The notes below the pieces were generated by a model that was given only the letters and a program-made list of their open reading frames with translations, was not told the origin of the DNA and did not search any database. 64,000 nucleotides of DNA from assembly GCA_963666055.2 (NCBI GenBank), contig CAXWPH010000015.1:736001-800000 (forward strand), read 5' to 3'. Position 1 is the first letter of the stretch, and each line of letters opens with the position of its first letter. This document shows, in pieces, positions 42,558-51,954 of the stretch. Source of the stretch: Acidobacteriota bacterium. GTDB lineage: Bacteria; Acidobacteriota; UBA890; WLXD01. A program made the position numbers and the translations under genes.

Positions 42558-43036
42558 ATGAAGGCTATTATCCCCTGCGTCCTCCTCGTCCTGCTCGTAG
42601 CCTCGTCCCATGCGCAGGAGCATCTCCCGGTCATCGACATGCATCTCCACGCGCTCGCGGCGGACGACCAGGGACCACCGCCCCTCGCCATCTGTACTCC
42701 CATCGATCCGTTCCCGGTCTGGGATCCAGCACAACCCTATGGTGCGACGTTCATGGCCATGCTGAAGGAGCCGTCCTGTGATAACCCGGTCTGGTCGCCG
42801 ATGACGGACGAGGCGCTGATGATTCAGACGCTTGAGGTCATGGAGCGCCGCAACATCTTTGGTGTCCTGAGTGGCACGCCGGACCGCGTTGCCACGTGGA
42901 TGGCGGCTGCTCCGGGTCGCTTCTTTGCCGGCCTTGGGTTCCGATTGGGCCACGATAGCCCTTCTCCCGACTCCCTGCGTGCATTACATGCGGAGGGTCA
43001 TCTCGCGGTCTTTGCGGAGGTCACCAACCAATACGG
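42558..43036 (+). pseudogene. 5' part of a secreted amidohydrolase_2 family gene, truncated
   Basis: Signal peptide and PVIDMHLH. It breaks at EVTNQYG, where a hicA fragment begins. Confidence 0.7.
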
Positions 43037-43149
43037 ACGGAGCGCGCATCCTCACGATCCCGCGAGCCAACCCGATCAACGCCTACGCGATGGGCGGTAT
43101 CGCTCGCGACGCTGAGCTGACTCCCGAAGTGTTCAAGAAGCTCCTGTAG
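43036..43149 (+). pseudogene. 3' fragment of a HicA-family toxin gene
   Basis: DGARILTIPRANPINAYAMGGIARDAELTPEVFKKLL*. Confidence 0.65.
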
Positions 43150-43155
43150 TCTGCT

Positions 43156-43245
43156 GTCTAACAGGAGCCAGCAGCTGCCGGCTCCGCGTCTGGTTGGGGA
43201 GCCTCAGAAACCCAGAGGCTCTGGCGGGCGACGCTCCCAGTATTA
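43156..43245 (+). mobile_element. Degenerate attC (left arm recognisable)
   Basis: GTCTAAC-AGGAGCCAGCAGCTG, resembling the attC at 50757. The right arm has decayed. Confidence 0.55.
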
Positions 43246-43255
43246 GTCCTTTATA

Positions 43256-43274
43256 TATATCCGCTACGGATATA
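43256..43274. promoter_or_regulatory. Putative PadR operator
   Basis: Perfect inverted repeat TATATCCG-CTA-CGGATATA, 10 bp before the padR ATG. Confidence 0.65.
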
Positions 43275-43284
43275 GTATACAAGC

Positions 43285-43647
43285 ATGGCAAAGAGTACAA
43301 GCAACGCGCCCCTCACTCCGGCGGTGCTTCATATCCTTCTCGCGCTTTCTACGAAAGAGCGGCACGGCTATGGAATCATGAAGCAGGTCGAGTCGGACTC
43401 GCAGGGAAAGGTGAACATGGGGCCGGGTACGCTTTACGGCTCGATTGGTCGCATGATCGAGGCCGGATTGATACGCGAGAGCAACAAAAAGATAGACCCT
43501 GAAATGGACGACGCGCGGCGGGTCTATTACAAAATCACCGGCCTCGGCCAAAAAGCGCTCGCGGCGGAGTTGCAGCGATACCGTGAGGTCGTAGCGGTCG
43601 CCAAACAAAAACGGCTCTCGCCGAGTACTTTTGCGTATGGCATATGA
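43285..43647 (+). CDS. PadR family transcriptional regulator
   Basis: HILLALS, HGYGIMK, GPGTLYGSI and RRVYYKITGLG. Confidence 0.92.
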   Translation: MAKSTSNAPLTPAVLHILLALSTKERHGYGIMKQVESDSQGKVNMGPGTLYGSIGRMIEAGLIRESNKKIDPEMDDARRVYYKITGLGQKALAAELQRYREVVAVAKQKRLSPSTFAYGI

Positions 43648-44404
43648 ACACTCAATACGACGATTCCAAAGCTGTTACGCAACACTGCTTCGTTTCTACC
43701 CGAAGCGGTATCGCGAGCGCTTTGGAGAACCGATGGAGCAAACCTTCAACGATCTTCTCCGAGAGCGCGCAGAGGAAGAAAAAGGATTATTTGGCTTCGC
43801 TCTCTGGATGTTCGTCGAAACATTCGCAGGACTTATTAGAGAGAACATGACAGTTATCATCATGCAAAACAAAAGCATTATCCGCATTGCGCTCGCGACA
43901 GCGTTCATATTGCTGCTGCCCTTGTTAGCGATGCAGTTGACTGATGAAGTGGTCTGGAACCTGGCCGATTTCGCTGCCGCCGGCGTCCTCCTGTTCGGCG
44001 CTGGTCTCACGTATGAGCTGATAGCGAGGAAGGCAGGCCATATCGCGCACCGAGCCGCCGTCGGCGTTGCGGTCGCGGCAGCGCTCCTCCTTGTCTGGAT
44101 AAACCTTGCCGTTGGCATCATCGGAAACGAGGGAAACCCCGCCAACTTGATGTACATTGGGGTGCTCGCCGTCGGAATTATCGGTGCCCTCATCGCGCGC
44201 TTCCAGCCACATGGAATGGCGCGCGCGTTGTTCGCGACGGCGCTTGCTCAGATGTTGGTCGCCGTGATCGCGCTGGCCGCTCGGCTAGGCACCAGTGGAC
44301 CGGTTTGGCCGAGAGATGTATTGATCGCGACTGGATTCTTTGCCACGCTGTGGCTCGGATCGGCTTTGCTGTTTCGACGCGCAAGCGCCTCGGACCCGAC
44401 GTAG
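43637..44404 (+). CDS. PadR-associated membrane protein
   Basis: LLRFYPKRYRERFGEPMEQTF N-terminus, WINLAVGIIG and about 6 TM helices. Confidence 0.8.
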   Translation: MAYEHSIRRFQSCYATLLRFYPKRYRERFGEPMEQTFNDLLRERAEEEKGLFGFALWMFVETFAGLIRENMTVIIMQNKSIIRIALATAFILLLPLLAMQLTDEVVWNLADFAAAGVLLFGAGLTYELIARKAGHIAHRAAVGVAVAAALLLVWINLAVGIIGNEGNPANLMYIGVLAVGIIGALIARFQPHGMARALFATALAQMLVAVIALAARLGTSGPVWPRDVLIATGFFATLWLGSALLFRRASASDPT

Positions 44405-44479
44405 AACTGACGGCTTGAGTGGCGGTTTAGTACGCCAAGCGCAGAGAATGCTTTCGCCTGCGCACTTTGAACCCGACAT

Positions 44480-44851
44480 GGCAAACTTTCTTCTGGCTTG
44501 AGCCTCAGGTCGAGGTGGCTCGAAGGCACAGGCTCAGCGACAAGCAAATCCGTCGGGCGTTGGAGTTCGTCGAGGAGCGTGAGGATGAAATCCGCGAAGC
44601 TTGGCAAGAGCACTTCAGCTGAGCTCTCGAACGTCTCGGCTCACGGAATGTGGATTCTGGTCGATGAGTAAGAGTTCTATCTGTCGTTCGAGCAGTTTCC
44701 GTGGTTCCGCGACGCATCGATCGGTCAGCTCGCCCACATCGAACAACCCCAGCCGCATCACCTGTACTGGGCGGACTTGGATGTCGACTTGACGCTTGAG
44801 TCAATTGAGAACCCCGAGCGCTATCCTCTCGTTAGCAAGTCGCGGCCTAAC
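44480..44851 (+). pseudogene. Relic DUF4160-DUF2442 toxin-antitoxin-like pair
   Basis: FWLEPQVEVA...EDEIREAWQEHFS* ends at 44622. It overlaps ATG44585 MKSAKLGKSTS...DE*EFYLSFEQFPWF...LYWADLDVDL...ERYPL, which has an internal TAA. Confidence 0.75.
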
Positions 44852-44907
44852 AACAGCTAGGAGCCGCCGGCGCTCCGCGCCGCAGCTCAAGCTGTGAACC
44901 GTTATAC
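44845..44907 (+). mobile_element. Integron attC site (63 bp)
   Basis: GCCTAAC-AACAGCTAGGAGCCGCCGGCGCTCCGCGCCGCAGCTCAAGCTGTGAACC-GTTATAC. Confidence 0.85.
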
Positions 44908-44970
44908 GGCGCTGGCGACGGTGAGGTTAGGATTCCCAGCGTTGTGCCGCCGCTTCTGAGCGTAATAGCC

Positions 44971-45369
44971 ATGAATCAGATTGTTCTGTTCTCCAATTCA
45001 GTCAAGCGGGATCCAGCCATCGATGCCTGGATGAAGGAGCATTCGGTTGACTTGGGGGCTATCGCGCGGCATTGGTTTGACGTCATGCGCGAGCGTGGAG
45101 ACGATGTTCGAGAGCTATTGCATGACGGCCATCCGACCGCGTGCGTAGCGGACGCGGCATTCGCCTACGTCAACGCGTTTACGGCCCACGTCAACGTGGG
45201 ATTTTTCCGTGGTGCCGAGCTTGCGGATCCGGCGGAGCTGCTGGAAGGCACCGGCAAGTACATGCGCCATGTGAAGCTCAGCCCCGAAAGCGACGTCGAC
45301 GCTACGGCGCTAATCAAGCTAGTCGATGCGGCATACGCTGATATGAAGGGGCGCCTCGAGGCAGAGTAG
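44971..45369 (+). CDS. DUF1801 domain protein (cassette)
   Basis: HVNVGFFRGAELADP and LLEGTGKYMRHVKL. Confidence 0.85.
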   Translation: MNQIVLFSNSVKRDPAIDAWMKEHSVDLGAIARHWFDVMRERGDDVRELLHDGHPTACVADAAFAYVNAFTAHVNVGFFRGAELADPAELLEGTGKYMRHVKLSPESDVDATALIKLVDAAYADMKGRLEAE

Positions 45370-45419
45370 TTCGTGCCGGCTATCGACAGATCTGGTCTTT
45401 TCGAGGTAATCGAGGAGCC

Positions 45420-45465
45420 GTATGACAACGGGATGGAGCTGACAGTCCAAAAGTGACACGCCGAT
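45420..45465 (+). mobile_element. attC left-arm remnant
   Basis: GTATGAC-AACGGGATGGAGCTGAC. It is one base from GTATAAC, the complement of the upstream GTTATAC core. Confidence 0.6.
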
Positions 45466-45571
45466 CGTGCTCGATCAGCAAGGCTGTCTCCGTGAGAGCA
45501 TCCGCGCTCATCGGGCTCGCGGAAACGAACAGCTCAATCGTTGATCACTTTTGGCCTCGCACACCTGTACT

Positions 45572-46375
45572 ATGCCTGCCATGTTGAGAGGTTCCACCAC
45601 GGGTCCGAATGACGTGCCGCCGGCGCCCGCCCCGCACCGTCCGGGAGATGACCGGCACACGCTTTGGGTCAGGATCACGCACTGGTTAACAACTGCGAGC
45701 TTCTTGACGCTCGCCTTCACCGGATTCGTCATCCTGATGGCCCACCCGCGGCTGTACTGGGGTGAGGTCGGCAACAGCCTGACGCCGGCCCTGCTCGAGT
45801 TGCCGATCAGCCGGAACTATCAACATGGTGGCTGGGAGGATGTGCAGCCCTTCTTCGAAGGTGCTGAATCGCCGGTGAGCGCTGACCGCACCTTCAACAT
45901 GTTCAACCAGAACAGCTGGGGGCGTAGCCTGCACTTCCTGGCGGCCTGGATCCTCGTAGCGACGGGCGCCGTCTACTTGCTCACCGGCATCGTCACGAGC
46001 CACTTCTGGCGACATCTCCTGCCGCGCTCCGGCGAGTTCACCCCACAGCTCCTGTGGCAGGACCTGATGCGCCATTTGCGCCGGCAGTTCCGGCTCGCTA
46101 CAGGCGGGCCGCAGTACGGCCTGCTGCAGAGATGCGCGTACCTCAGCGTCGTCTTCGTGGGCATGCCGCTGATGGTGGTCACCGGTCTGGGGATGTCGCC
46201 CGCGGTTACTGCTGCGTACCCGTTCCTGTCCGGCATGTTCGGCGGGTTCCAATCGGCCCGTACGATCCACTTCTTCCTGTTTGCCGCGCTGGTCCTCTTT
46301 CTGGTCGGCCACGTGCTGATGGTCTTCCTGTCCGGCTTCCGCCGTCAGATACGCGCCATGACCCTAGGGGAATAG
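45572..46375 (+). CDS. Cytochrome b/b6 (Ni-hydrogenase cyt b-like) membrane protein
   Basis: VRITHW, HPRLYWGE, GRSLHF, QYGLLQR and ARTIHF. Confidence 0.85.
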   Translation: MPAMLRGSTTGPNDVPPAPAPHRPGDDRHTLWVRITHWLTTASFLTLAFTGFVILMAHPRLYWGEVGNSLTPALLELPISRNYQHGGWEDVQPFFEGAESPVSADRTFNMFNQNSWGRSLHFLAAWILVATGAVYLLTGIVTSHFWRHLLPRSGEFTPQLLWQDLMRHLRRQFRLATGGPQYGLLQRCAYLSVVFVGMPLMVVTGLGMSPAVTAAYPFLSGMFGGFQSARTIHFFLFAALVLFLVGHVLMVFLSGFRRQIRAMTLGE

Positions 46376-46376
46376 A

Positions 46377-47147
46377 ATGAAAGACGACATGGTCATCACC
46401 CGCCGTCGCGCCCTCCTCACGGGACTCAGCTCGGTCGCTGGACTGGCGCTGACAGGTTGCTCGGACGAGCTACCTCCTACCTACGGCAACCTTCTGCGGA
46501 TGGGCGATGTGCTGACCTACAAGGCGCACCGCCTGCTGCTGCCTGCACGATCGCTGGCGCGCGAATACACCCACGCACAGATCTCCTCGTCCCCCGCCAT
46601 CGGCACCACGGATCCCGGTGACCCGACCCGTTCCTACTTCGACGTCGAAAGTGGACCGATCTACGACCGCCTGAGACATGGAGGGTTCGCCGACTGGCAC
46701 CTCACGATCGAGGGCAGCGTGGCCCGGCCGCAAGCCTTCTCGCTCGCGGATCTGAAACGGCTTCCTTCCCGCACGCAGATTACGAGGCATACGTGCGAGG
46801 AAGGCTGGTCCGCCATCGCCGAGTGGACCGGGGTGCCGCTCCGTCAGGTCCTGGAGGCCGCGGGCATTCTCCCGAGCGCCCGCTTCGTCCAATTCTACGC
46901 CTACGATGCCATCGCCGACGGCATCGACATGCTCGATGCCCTGCACCCACAGACGATTCTGGCGTACGGCATGAACGGTCGCGACCTGCCCGTTCCGCAT
47001 GGAGCGCCGGTGCGCCTGCGAGTGGAAACGCAGATGGGCTACAAGAGCATGAAGTTCCTCCAGCGGATCGTCGTCACCGACCACTTCGACGATCTGGGCA
47101 GCCGCGGACCGCTGCACGGCGGGTGGTCGTGGTACGCGGGGATCTGA
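46377..47147 (+). CDS. Molybdopterin-dependent oxidoreductase (MsrP/YedY, sulfite oxidase family), Tat-exported
   Basis: TRRRALL signal, HTCEEGWS, LAYGMNG, HGAPVRL and GYKSMK. Confidence 0.9.
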   Translation: MKDDMVITRRRALLTGLSSVAGLALTGCSDELPPTYGNLLRMGDVLTYKAHRLLLPARSLAREYTHAQISSSPAIGTTDPGDPTRSYFDVESGPIYDRLRHGGFADWHLTIEGSVARPQAFSLADLKRLPSRTQITRHTCEEGWSAIAEWTGVPLRQVLEAAGILPSARFVQFYAYDAIADGIDMLDALHPQTILAYGMNGRDLPVPHGAPVRLRVETQMGYKSMKFLQRIVVTDHFDDLGSRGPLHGGWSWYAGI

Positions 47148-47175
47148 GCGCGCTCGGTAGTAAGTACTGAGGAAC

Positions 47176-48135
47176 ATGTGGCCCACCACACTTTCACCAC
47201 GGCCTGCTAGACATCTCTCTGCGGTCACGCTCCTGCTCGGCAGCCTGTGCCTCCTCTTCGCGGGTGATCTCGAGGGCCAAGCCCAGTGTCCTTCCAGTGG
47301 TGTGGCAGTACAGGTCCTGGGCTCGGGAGGGCCGCGTGCAGGGACGGCACGTGCGTCGGCGAGCTACCTCGTGTGGGTCGATGGCCGCGCTCGCGTCATG
47401 GTGGATGCTGGGGGAGGGTCATTCGTACGCTTCGGTGAGTCGGGAGCTCGGTTGGCGGACCTTAGTCTCCTGGCCATTAGCCATCTGCATCCGGACCACG
47501 TCACGGATCTGGCCGGGCTCCTCTGGCTGAGTGACTCGGATCGGCAGGAACCACTGCCCCTGGTCGGACCCTCGGGACGCAATGAATACTCCTCCTTCTC
47601 GACCTTTCTCGATCGGTTATTCGACCCGGCCGACGGTGCGTTCCCAGTTCTAAGCGGCACGGTCGGAGGTCCCGGGCGTGGGGTGCTGGTCGAACCGTTG
47701 ACCATCGAGATCGAGACGAGGGCTTCTAGCCTGGTCCTGGAAGAGTCGGGCCTGGTCGTGCGGGCCCTGCCGGTGCCACACGGCAACGTGCCTGCCCTGG
47801 CCTACCGCGTCGAGGTCGGAGGGGTGAGCGTGGTGTTCAGCAGCGACCAGAATGGCAGCGATCCGCGCTTCGTCGAATTCTCCAGGGATGCGACGGCGCT
47901 CGTGATGCATCTTGCCGTATCGCCTACCGCATCGGGTTTCGGCCGCGAGCTTCACGCGACTCCGGCGACCGTGGGTCGCGTGGCGTCTGAAGCGTCCGTT
48001 CGACAGCTAGTTCTTAGCCACTTGTTCGTGCACGAGAGCCCGGAGGAGTTGGAGGCGGGGGTCGCTGAAGTGAGGTCTCACTATTCCGGGATCCTGCGCG
48101 CCGCTGATGACCTCGCGTGTTTCCCGCTCGGATAG
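47176..48135 (+). CDS. MBL-fold metallo-hydrolase (RNase Z/arylsulfatase-like), secreted
   Basis: LGSGGP, SHLHPDH, FSSD and LVLSH. Confidence 0.87.
   Translation: MWPTTLSPRPARHLSAVTLLLGSLCLLFAGDLEGQAQCPSSGVAVQVLGSGGPRAGTARASASYLVWVDGRARVMVDAGGGSFVRFGESGARLADLSLLAISHLHPDHVTDLAGLLWLSDSDRQEPLPLVGPSGRNEYSSFSTFLDRLFDPADGAFPVLSGTVGGPGRGVLVEPLTIEIETRASSLVLEESGLVVRALPVPHGNVPALAYRVEVGGVSVVFSSDQNGSDPRFVEFSRDATALVMHLAVSPTASGFGRELHATPATVGRVASEASVRQLVLSHLFVHESPEELEAGVAEVRSHYSGILRAADDLACFPLG
47182..47210. repeat. Solo right terminal repeat of the 279-bp MITE, inside the MBL gene 5' end
   Basis: CCCACCACACTTTCACCACGGCCTGCTAG matches the MITE terminus. Confidence 0.8.
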
Positions 48136-48601
48136 GGTGCGCCAGAGTGACGGGATAGTCGGGAGCCGCCTGTCAGCTCTCAGCATTTTAGGCTGCCAGC
48201 GCAACACGGAGATTGGCATACGTGCTCCTGACGCTGCCGTTTCTGGTCGTGATTGGCTTGGTGTTGCCGGCGCTGGTCTGGTCGAGTGCTCGCGCGTTGT
48301 CTTCGCCCGACTCTGCCTCGACTGCTATGCCATCGGCACGAGCAATGGCCGTGCAAGTGCTCGCTGTGCAGGCTCTCGTCTTTGGTCTCGCATGGCTAGC
48401 CATGGTCGGTGCGAAGCTCTTGATCCCGTGGCGCTCCTTGTTCACGCCAATGACGGTCGGCATGCTCGTCGCCAGCAGAATCGCGAGACGTTCGACGGCC
48501 AACGCTGAGCGCTGCCGAAATCTCCCCAGGATCGAGGCACGGCCAGCTGCTAGCATCGCTGCAGATCCTGGTATGTCTTGGGTGGTCGCAGCGGAGGGCA
48601 C

Positions 48602-49033
48602 ATGAAAGTAGCACTCGCCAGTCTGGTCCTCGCGGTCTCGGTGGGCTTCGGCCCTGGCCCCGCTCAGTCGTCTGGCTACGTGGTGATCGTGCACCCGGAC
48701 AACCCGGTGAGTTCGATTTCGAAGAAGGAGCTGTCGGCCTACCTGCTCAAGGAGCGTTCTCAATGGCCCGGTGGGGTAGAGGCCAGGCCGGTCGACCAGG
48801 TAGCGAGCTCCTCGTCCCGGCGAGCTTTCTCCCGCGCCGTGCATGGCCGCTCCGCCGCGAGCATCAAGGACTACTGGCAGCAACAGATCTTCTCCGGGGA
48901 TGGTGTTCCGCCTCCCGAAGTTGCGGGAGACGACGAAGTGGTCGCCCACGTCAGGAGAAATCGGGGTGGAATCGGCTACGTTTCCAGATCTATGCGGCTC
49001 GAGGGCGTGAAGGAGCTGGCGATTCCGAACTGA
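48602..49033 (+). CDS. Small periplasmic binding-like protein (phosphate ABC substrate-binding-like)
   Basis: VIVHPDNPV, YWQQQIFSG and GGIGYV. Confidence 0.75.
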   Translation: MKVALASLVLAVSVGFGPGPAQSSGYVVIVHPDNPVSSISKKELSAYLLKERSQWPGGVEARPVDQVASSSSRRAFSRAVHGRSAASIKDYWQQQIFSGDGVPPPEVAGDDEVVAHVRRNRGGIGYVSRSMRLEGVKELAIPN

Positions 49034-49130
49034 TTCCTTCGAGCGTTCCGGGCTCCATCTGGTCCGCTAGTCTCCGGCTGCGGCTGAACTCAAACGTTGG
49101 ATGGCTAAGCGAAGCAGGAGAGCTGCTGGG

Positions 49131-49856
49131 ATGACGACCCTCGTGGTTGGAGCTAGCGGGGCGACCGGACGGCTGCTCGTGCAGCAATTGCTCCATCGCG
49201 GACAGAACGTCAAGGTGATCGTACGATCACCCGACAAGCTGCCCGAAGCCCTCGAGAATCACGATAGCTTGTCCGTGATCCGCGCAAGCGTCCTGGACCT
49301 CAGCGACGCCGAGATGGCCCAGCACGTCAACGGGTGTGACGCGGTGGCTTCGTGCCTGGGACACAACATGAGCTTGAAGGGTATCTACGGGCACCCGCGC
49401 AGGCTTGTCACCGATGCAACTCGCCGCTTGTGCGATGCCATCAAGGCACACAAGTCCGAACAGCCAACCAAGTTCGTGCTCATGAACACGGCCGGCAACA
49501 GCAACCGCGATCTTGACGAACGGGTTTCGTTTGGCCAGAAGTGCGTCATCGGGCTTCTTCGTCTACTGCTGCCTCCGCACGTCGACAATGAGAAGGCTGC
49601 GGACTATCTGCGAATCAAGATTGGCCAAAACAACGGTGCGATCGAATGGGCCGCGGTTCGCCCGGACAATTTGATCGATGAGGACGAGGTCACGGAGTAC
49701 GAAGTCCATTCTTCGCCGACTAGAAGCGCGATCTTTGATGCGGGTGTGACCAGTCGAAGCAACGTTGGTCACTTCATGGCTGACCTGATCACCGACGACG
49801 ACACATGGAACAAGTGGAAGGGGCAAATGCCGGTGATTTACAACAAGGGATCGTAG
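49131..49856 (+). CDS. NAD(P)H-binding Rossmann protein (biliverdin reductase B-like)
   Basis: TLVVGASGATG and WAAVRP. Confidence 0.85.
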   Translation: MTTLVVGASGATGRLLVQQLLHRGQNVKVIVRSPDKLPEALENHDSLSVIRASVLDLSDAEMAQHVNGCDAVASCLGHNMSLKGIYGHPRRLVTDATRRLCDAIKAHKSEQPTKFVLMNTAGNSNRDLDERVSFGQKCVIGLLRLLLPPHVDNEKAADYLRIKIGQNNGAIEWAAVRPDNLIDEDEVTEYEVHSSPTRSAIFDAGVTSRSNVGHFMADLITDDDTWNKWKGQMPVIYNKGS

Positions 49857-49972
49857 TCGAGCGAAATGGAGGTTCATCCGGAAATCGCTCTGCTCGACCG
49901 GGTGATCTTCCATGGCCTGGGCCGCATCCGCCGGGGTCATCATCCAAAACTGATAGAGAGGATGAGGTGCTT

Positions 49973-50638
49973 ATGGCCAATTCCACTGACTATGCTGCTC
50001 GCCTGGAGATCGACTATTCGGAGACACTGGACCGGCTGACCACTTTCTTGCGTCTTGTCTGGATCGTTCCCATCGCCATCACCCTGGGCCTCATCTCGGG
50101 GGCCGGCGAGACAGTCGTGGAGACGGTGGTCATCGATGCCGCCGGTGAGGTCGTGGAAAGAAGCAGGGAGACGGCTGGGCGGCTGGCCAGCGGTCTTGTA
50201 GCGGCAACGGTGCTGATGATCGTCTTTCGCCAGCGTTATCCGCGCTGGTGGTTCGACTTCTCTCGCGAGTTGGTCCGATTCGGGGCCAGAGTCGGCGCCT
50301 ACCTATTCCTTCTCACCGACCGATACCCGTCGACCGTAGAGGAGCAGGCTGTCCACCTGGACATCGACTACCCCGACGCGAAACGTGATCTCAATCGGTG
50401 GTTACCGCTGGTCAAGTGGCTGCTTGCGATCCCCCATGTCGTCGTCCTGTTCTTTCTCAACATCGTGGCCATCTTTGCCGTGATCTTGGCTTGGCTCGCC
50501 ATTCTGGCCACCGGTCGATACCCGAAAGGGATCTTCGACTTCATCGTGGGAGTCGGCCGCTGGCATCTGCGGGTGGGGGCCTACGCACTCCTGCTGGTGA
50601 CCGATCGCTATCCACCATTCAGCCTGCGTGCCGCCTGA
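49973..50638 (+). CDS. DUF4389 membrane protein
   Basis: Two repeats: RYPRWWFDF...LTDRYP and RYPKGIFDF...VTDRYPPF. Confidence 0.85.
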   Translation: MANSTDYAARLEIDYSETLDRLTTFLRLVWIVPIAITLGLISGAGETVVETVVIDAAGEVVERSRETAGRLASGLVAATVLMIVFRQRYPRWWFDFSRELVRFGARVGAYLFLLTDRYPSTVEEQAVHLDIDYPDAKRDLNRWLPLVKWLLAIPHVVVLFFLNIVAIFAVILAWLAILATGRYPKGIFDFIVGVGRWHLRVGAYALLLVTDRYPPFSLRAA

Positions 50639-50756
50639 GGGGCGTGTCGAGTAGGGCGCGAAGCGACGACTGAGGATCCAAGTATCGCTGATGGGCGGTA
50701 TCGCGCGCGACGCCGGGCTGACTCGCGAAGCGCTCAAGAGCTCCTGTAGTCTATTT

Positions 50757-50873
50757 GTATGACAGGAGGAGCCAGCGGCTGACAGCGGCGCGGTTCGCTG
50801 GGAGAGTGTCGGAAACTGACGACTCCAGACAAGGCCGCGGAGGCGCCGCAGCTGTGGCTCAGGACCGTTAGCG
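50757..50873 (+). mobile_element. Integron attC site, slightly degenerate, preceded by a second hicA 3' fragment (about 50690-50749)
   Basis: GTATGAC...GAGCCAGCGGCTGACAGCGGCGC...GCGCCGCAGCTGTGGCTC-AGGACC-GTTAGCG. Confidence 0.75.
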
Positions 50874-51644
50874 TGTGCTGGAGACTCCTCACGAGGTTGG
50901 TGGTCATCTTATCGGGCGGTGTTGGCGTACTGCTTAGCGCCTGTGCGCCAACCCCTCCTCCTGATGCGGAGACGGTGATCCTGGTCCACGGCCTGGGTCG
51001 CACGCCCGCGTCGATGTCGGTACTGAGTCTGCGTCTCAGGGGGGGGGGATTCCAGGTCGTCAACTTTGGCTACCCGTCGACCTCCGCAGAGATCGAGGAT
51101 CTGGTCGATACTCTCGAGGCGGCGGTCGCCTCCTGTTGTGAGGACCCGGCCGGCACCACGCACTTCGTGACTCACTCCCTGGGCGGTGTGCTTGTCCGGA
51201 GCTATCTCGCAGGCCGGGCGCCCGGGTTCGCTGGCCGTGTCGTGATGCTGAGTCCCTCCGAACCAGGGAAGCGAGTTCATTGACGCTTTCAACGACTCAC
51301 CGCTCCTTCGATCGCTCCTGGGCCCGGCCGGCGCTCGACTTGGCACCGACTCGAGTGGCATCGCTCAGGAGCTCGGGCCGATCGACTTCCGCCTCGGCAT
51401 CATCACAGGTGATCGAAGCATCAACCCGATCGGATCTTGGCTGATTCCCGGACCCGACGATGGCAAGGTCGGCGTCGACAGGGCGCGACTCGACGGAGCT
51501 GCAGACTTCCTCGTGGTCCCCGCTACGCACACCTTCATCATGAACCGCGGAGATGTAGCCGGAGAGATCGTACATTTCCTCACGCGGGGAACATTCATGA
51601 ATGAAGGCAATGGAGTGGGTGCACGAACAACTGGGGGCAGGTAG
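50873..51644 (+). pseudogene. Alpha/beta hydrolase (lipase-like) cassette gene with a frameshift near 51256
   Basis: LVHGLGRT and THSLGG, then in a shifted frame PNQGSE, DDGKV and HTFIM. Confidence 0.78.
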
Positions 51645-51788
51645 CCAAGATCCAGGGCTCCGACGGCTTGGACGGCGACGAGTTCGGCGTTGCGGTGGCG
51701 ATTTCGGGCGACACCGCCGTTGTCGGGGCTTTCCTGGTGGGCCTTGGACACGGCGCGGCGTATGTCTTTCAGGACCCCGTTGCGGCTA
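51625..51788 (+). pseudogene. FG-GAP repeat fragment
   Basis: WGQVAKIQGSDGLDGDEFGVAVAISGDTAVVGA...GAAYVF. Confidence 0.65.
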
Positions 51789-51840
51789 GGAACCGCCGCC
51801 GATGGCAGTGAACGGTGCGCCCTATGCGGTGCCGCAGGCG

Positions 51841-51954
51841 TCAATGAAGGTCATCACGATCCAGCGTCGTGTCGCGTGCTCGGTACACCTGCCCCATCCC
51901 GCCTTCACCGAGCGGGGCGAGGATCTCGTAGTGGCCGAGCGTCTTGCCGATCAT
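51841..51954 (-). pseudogene. 5' fragment of a Ser/Thr kinase gene
   Basis: [34 protein letters not shown]. The ATG overlaps the TGA of the upstream kinase gene. Confidence 0.8.

Noticed and set aside
37819-50873. Recurrent GCAGCTGA-containing palindromes as a CRISPR array or REP elements
   Set aside because: They vary in length and sequence, are separated by whole genes, have AAC/GTT cores, and no cas genes are present. They fit attC sites.
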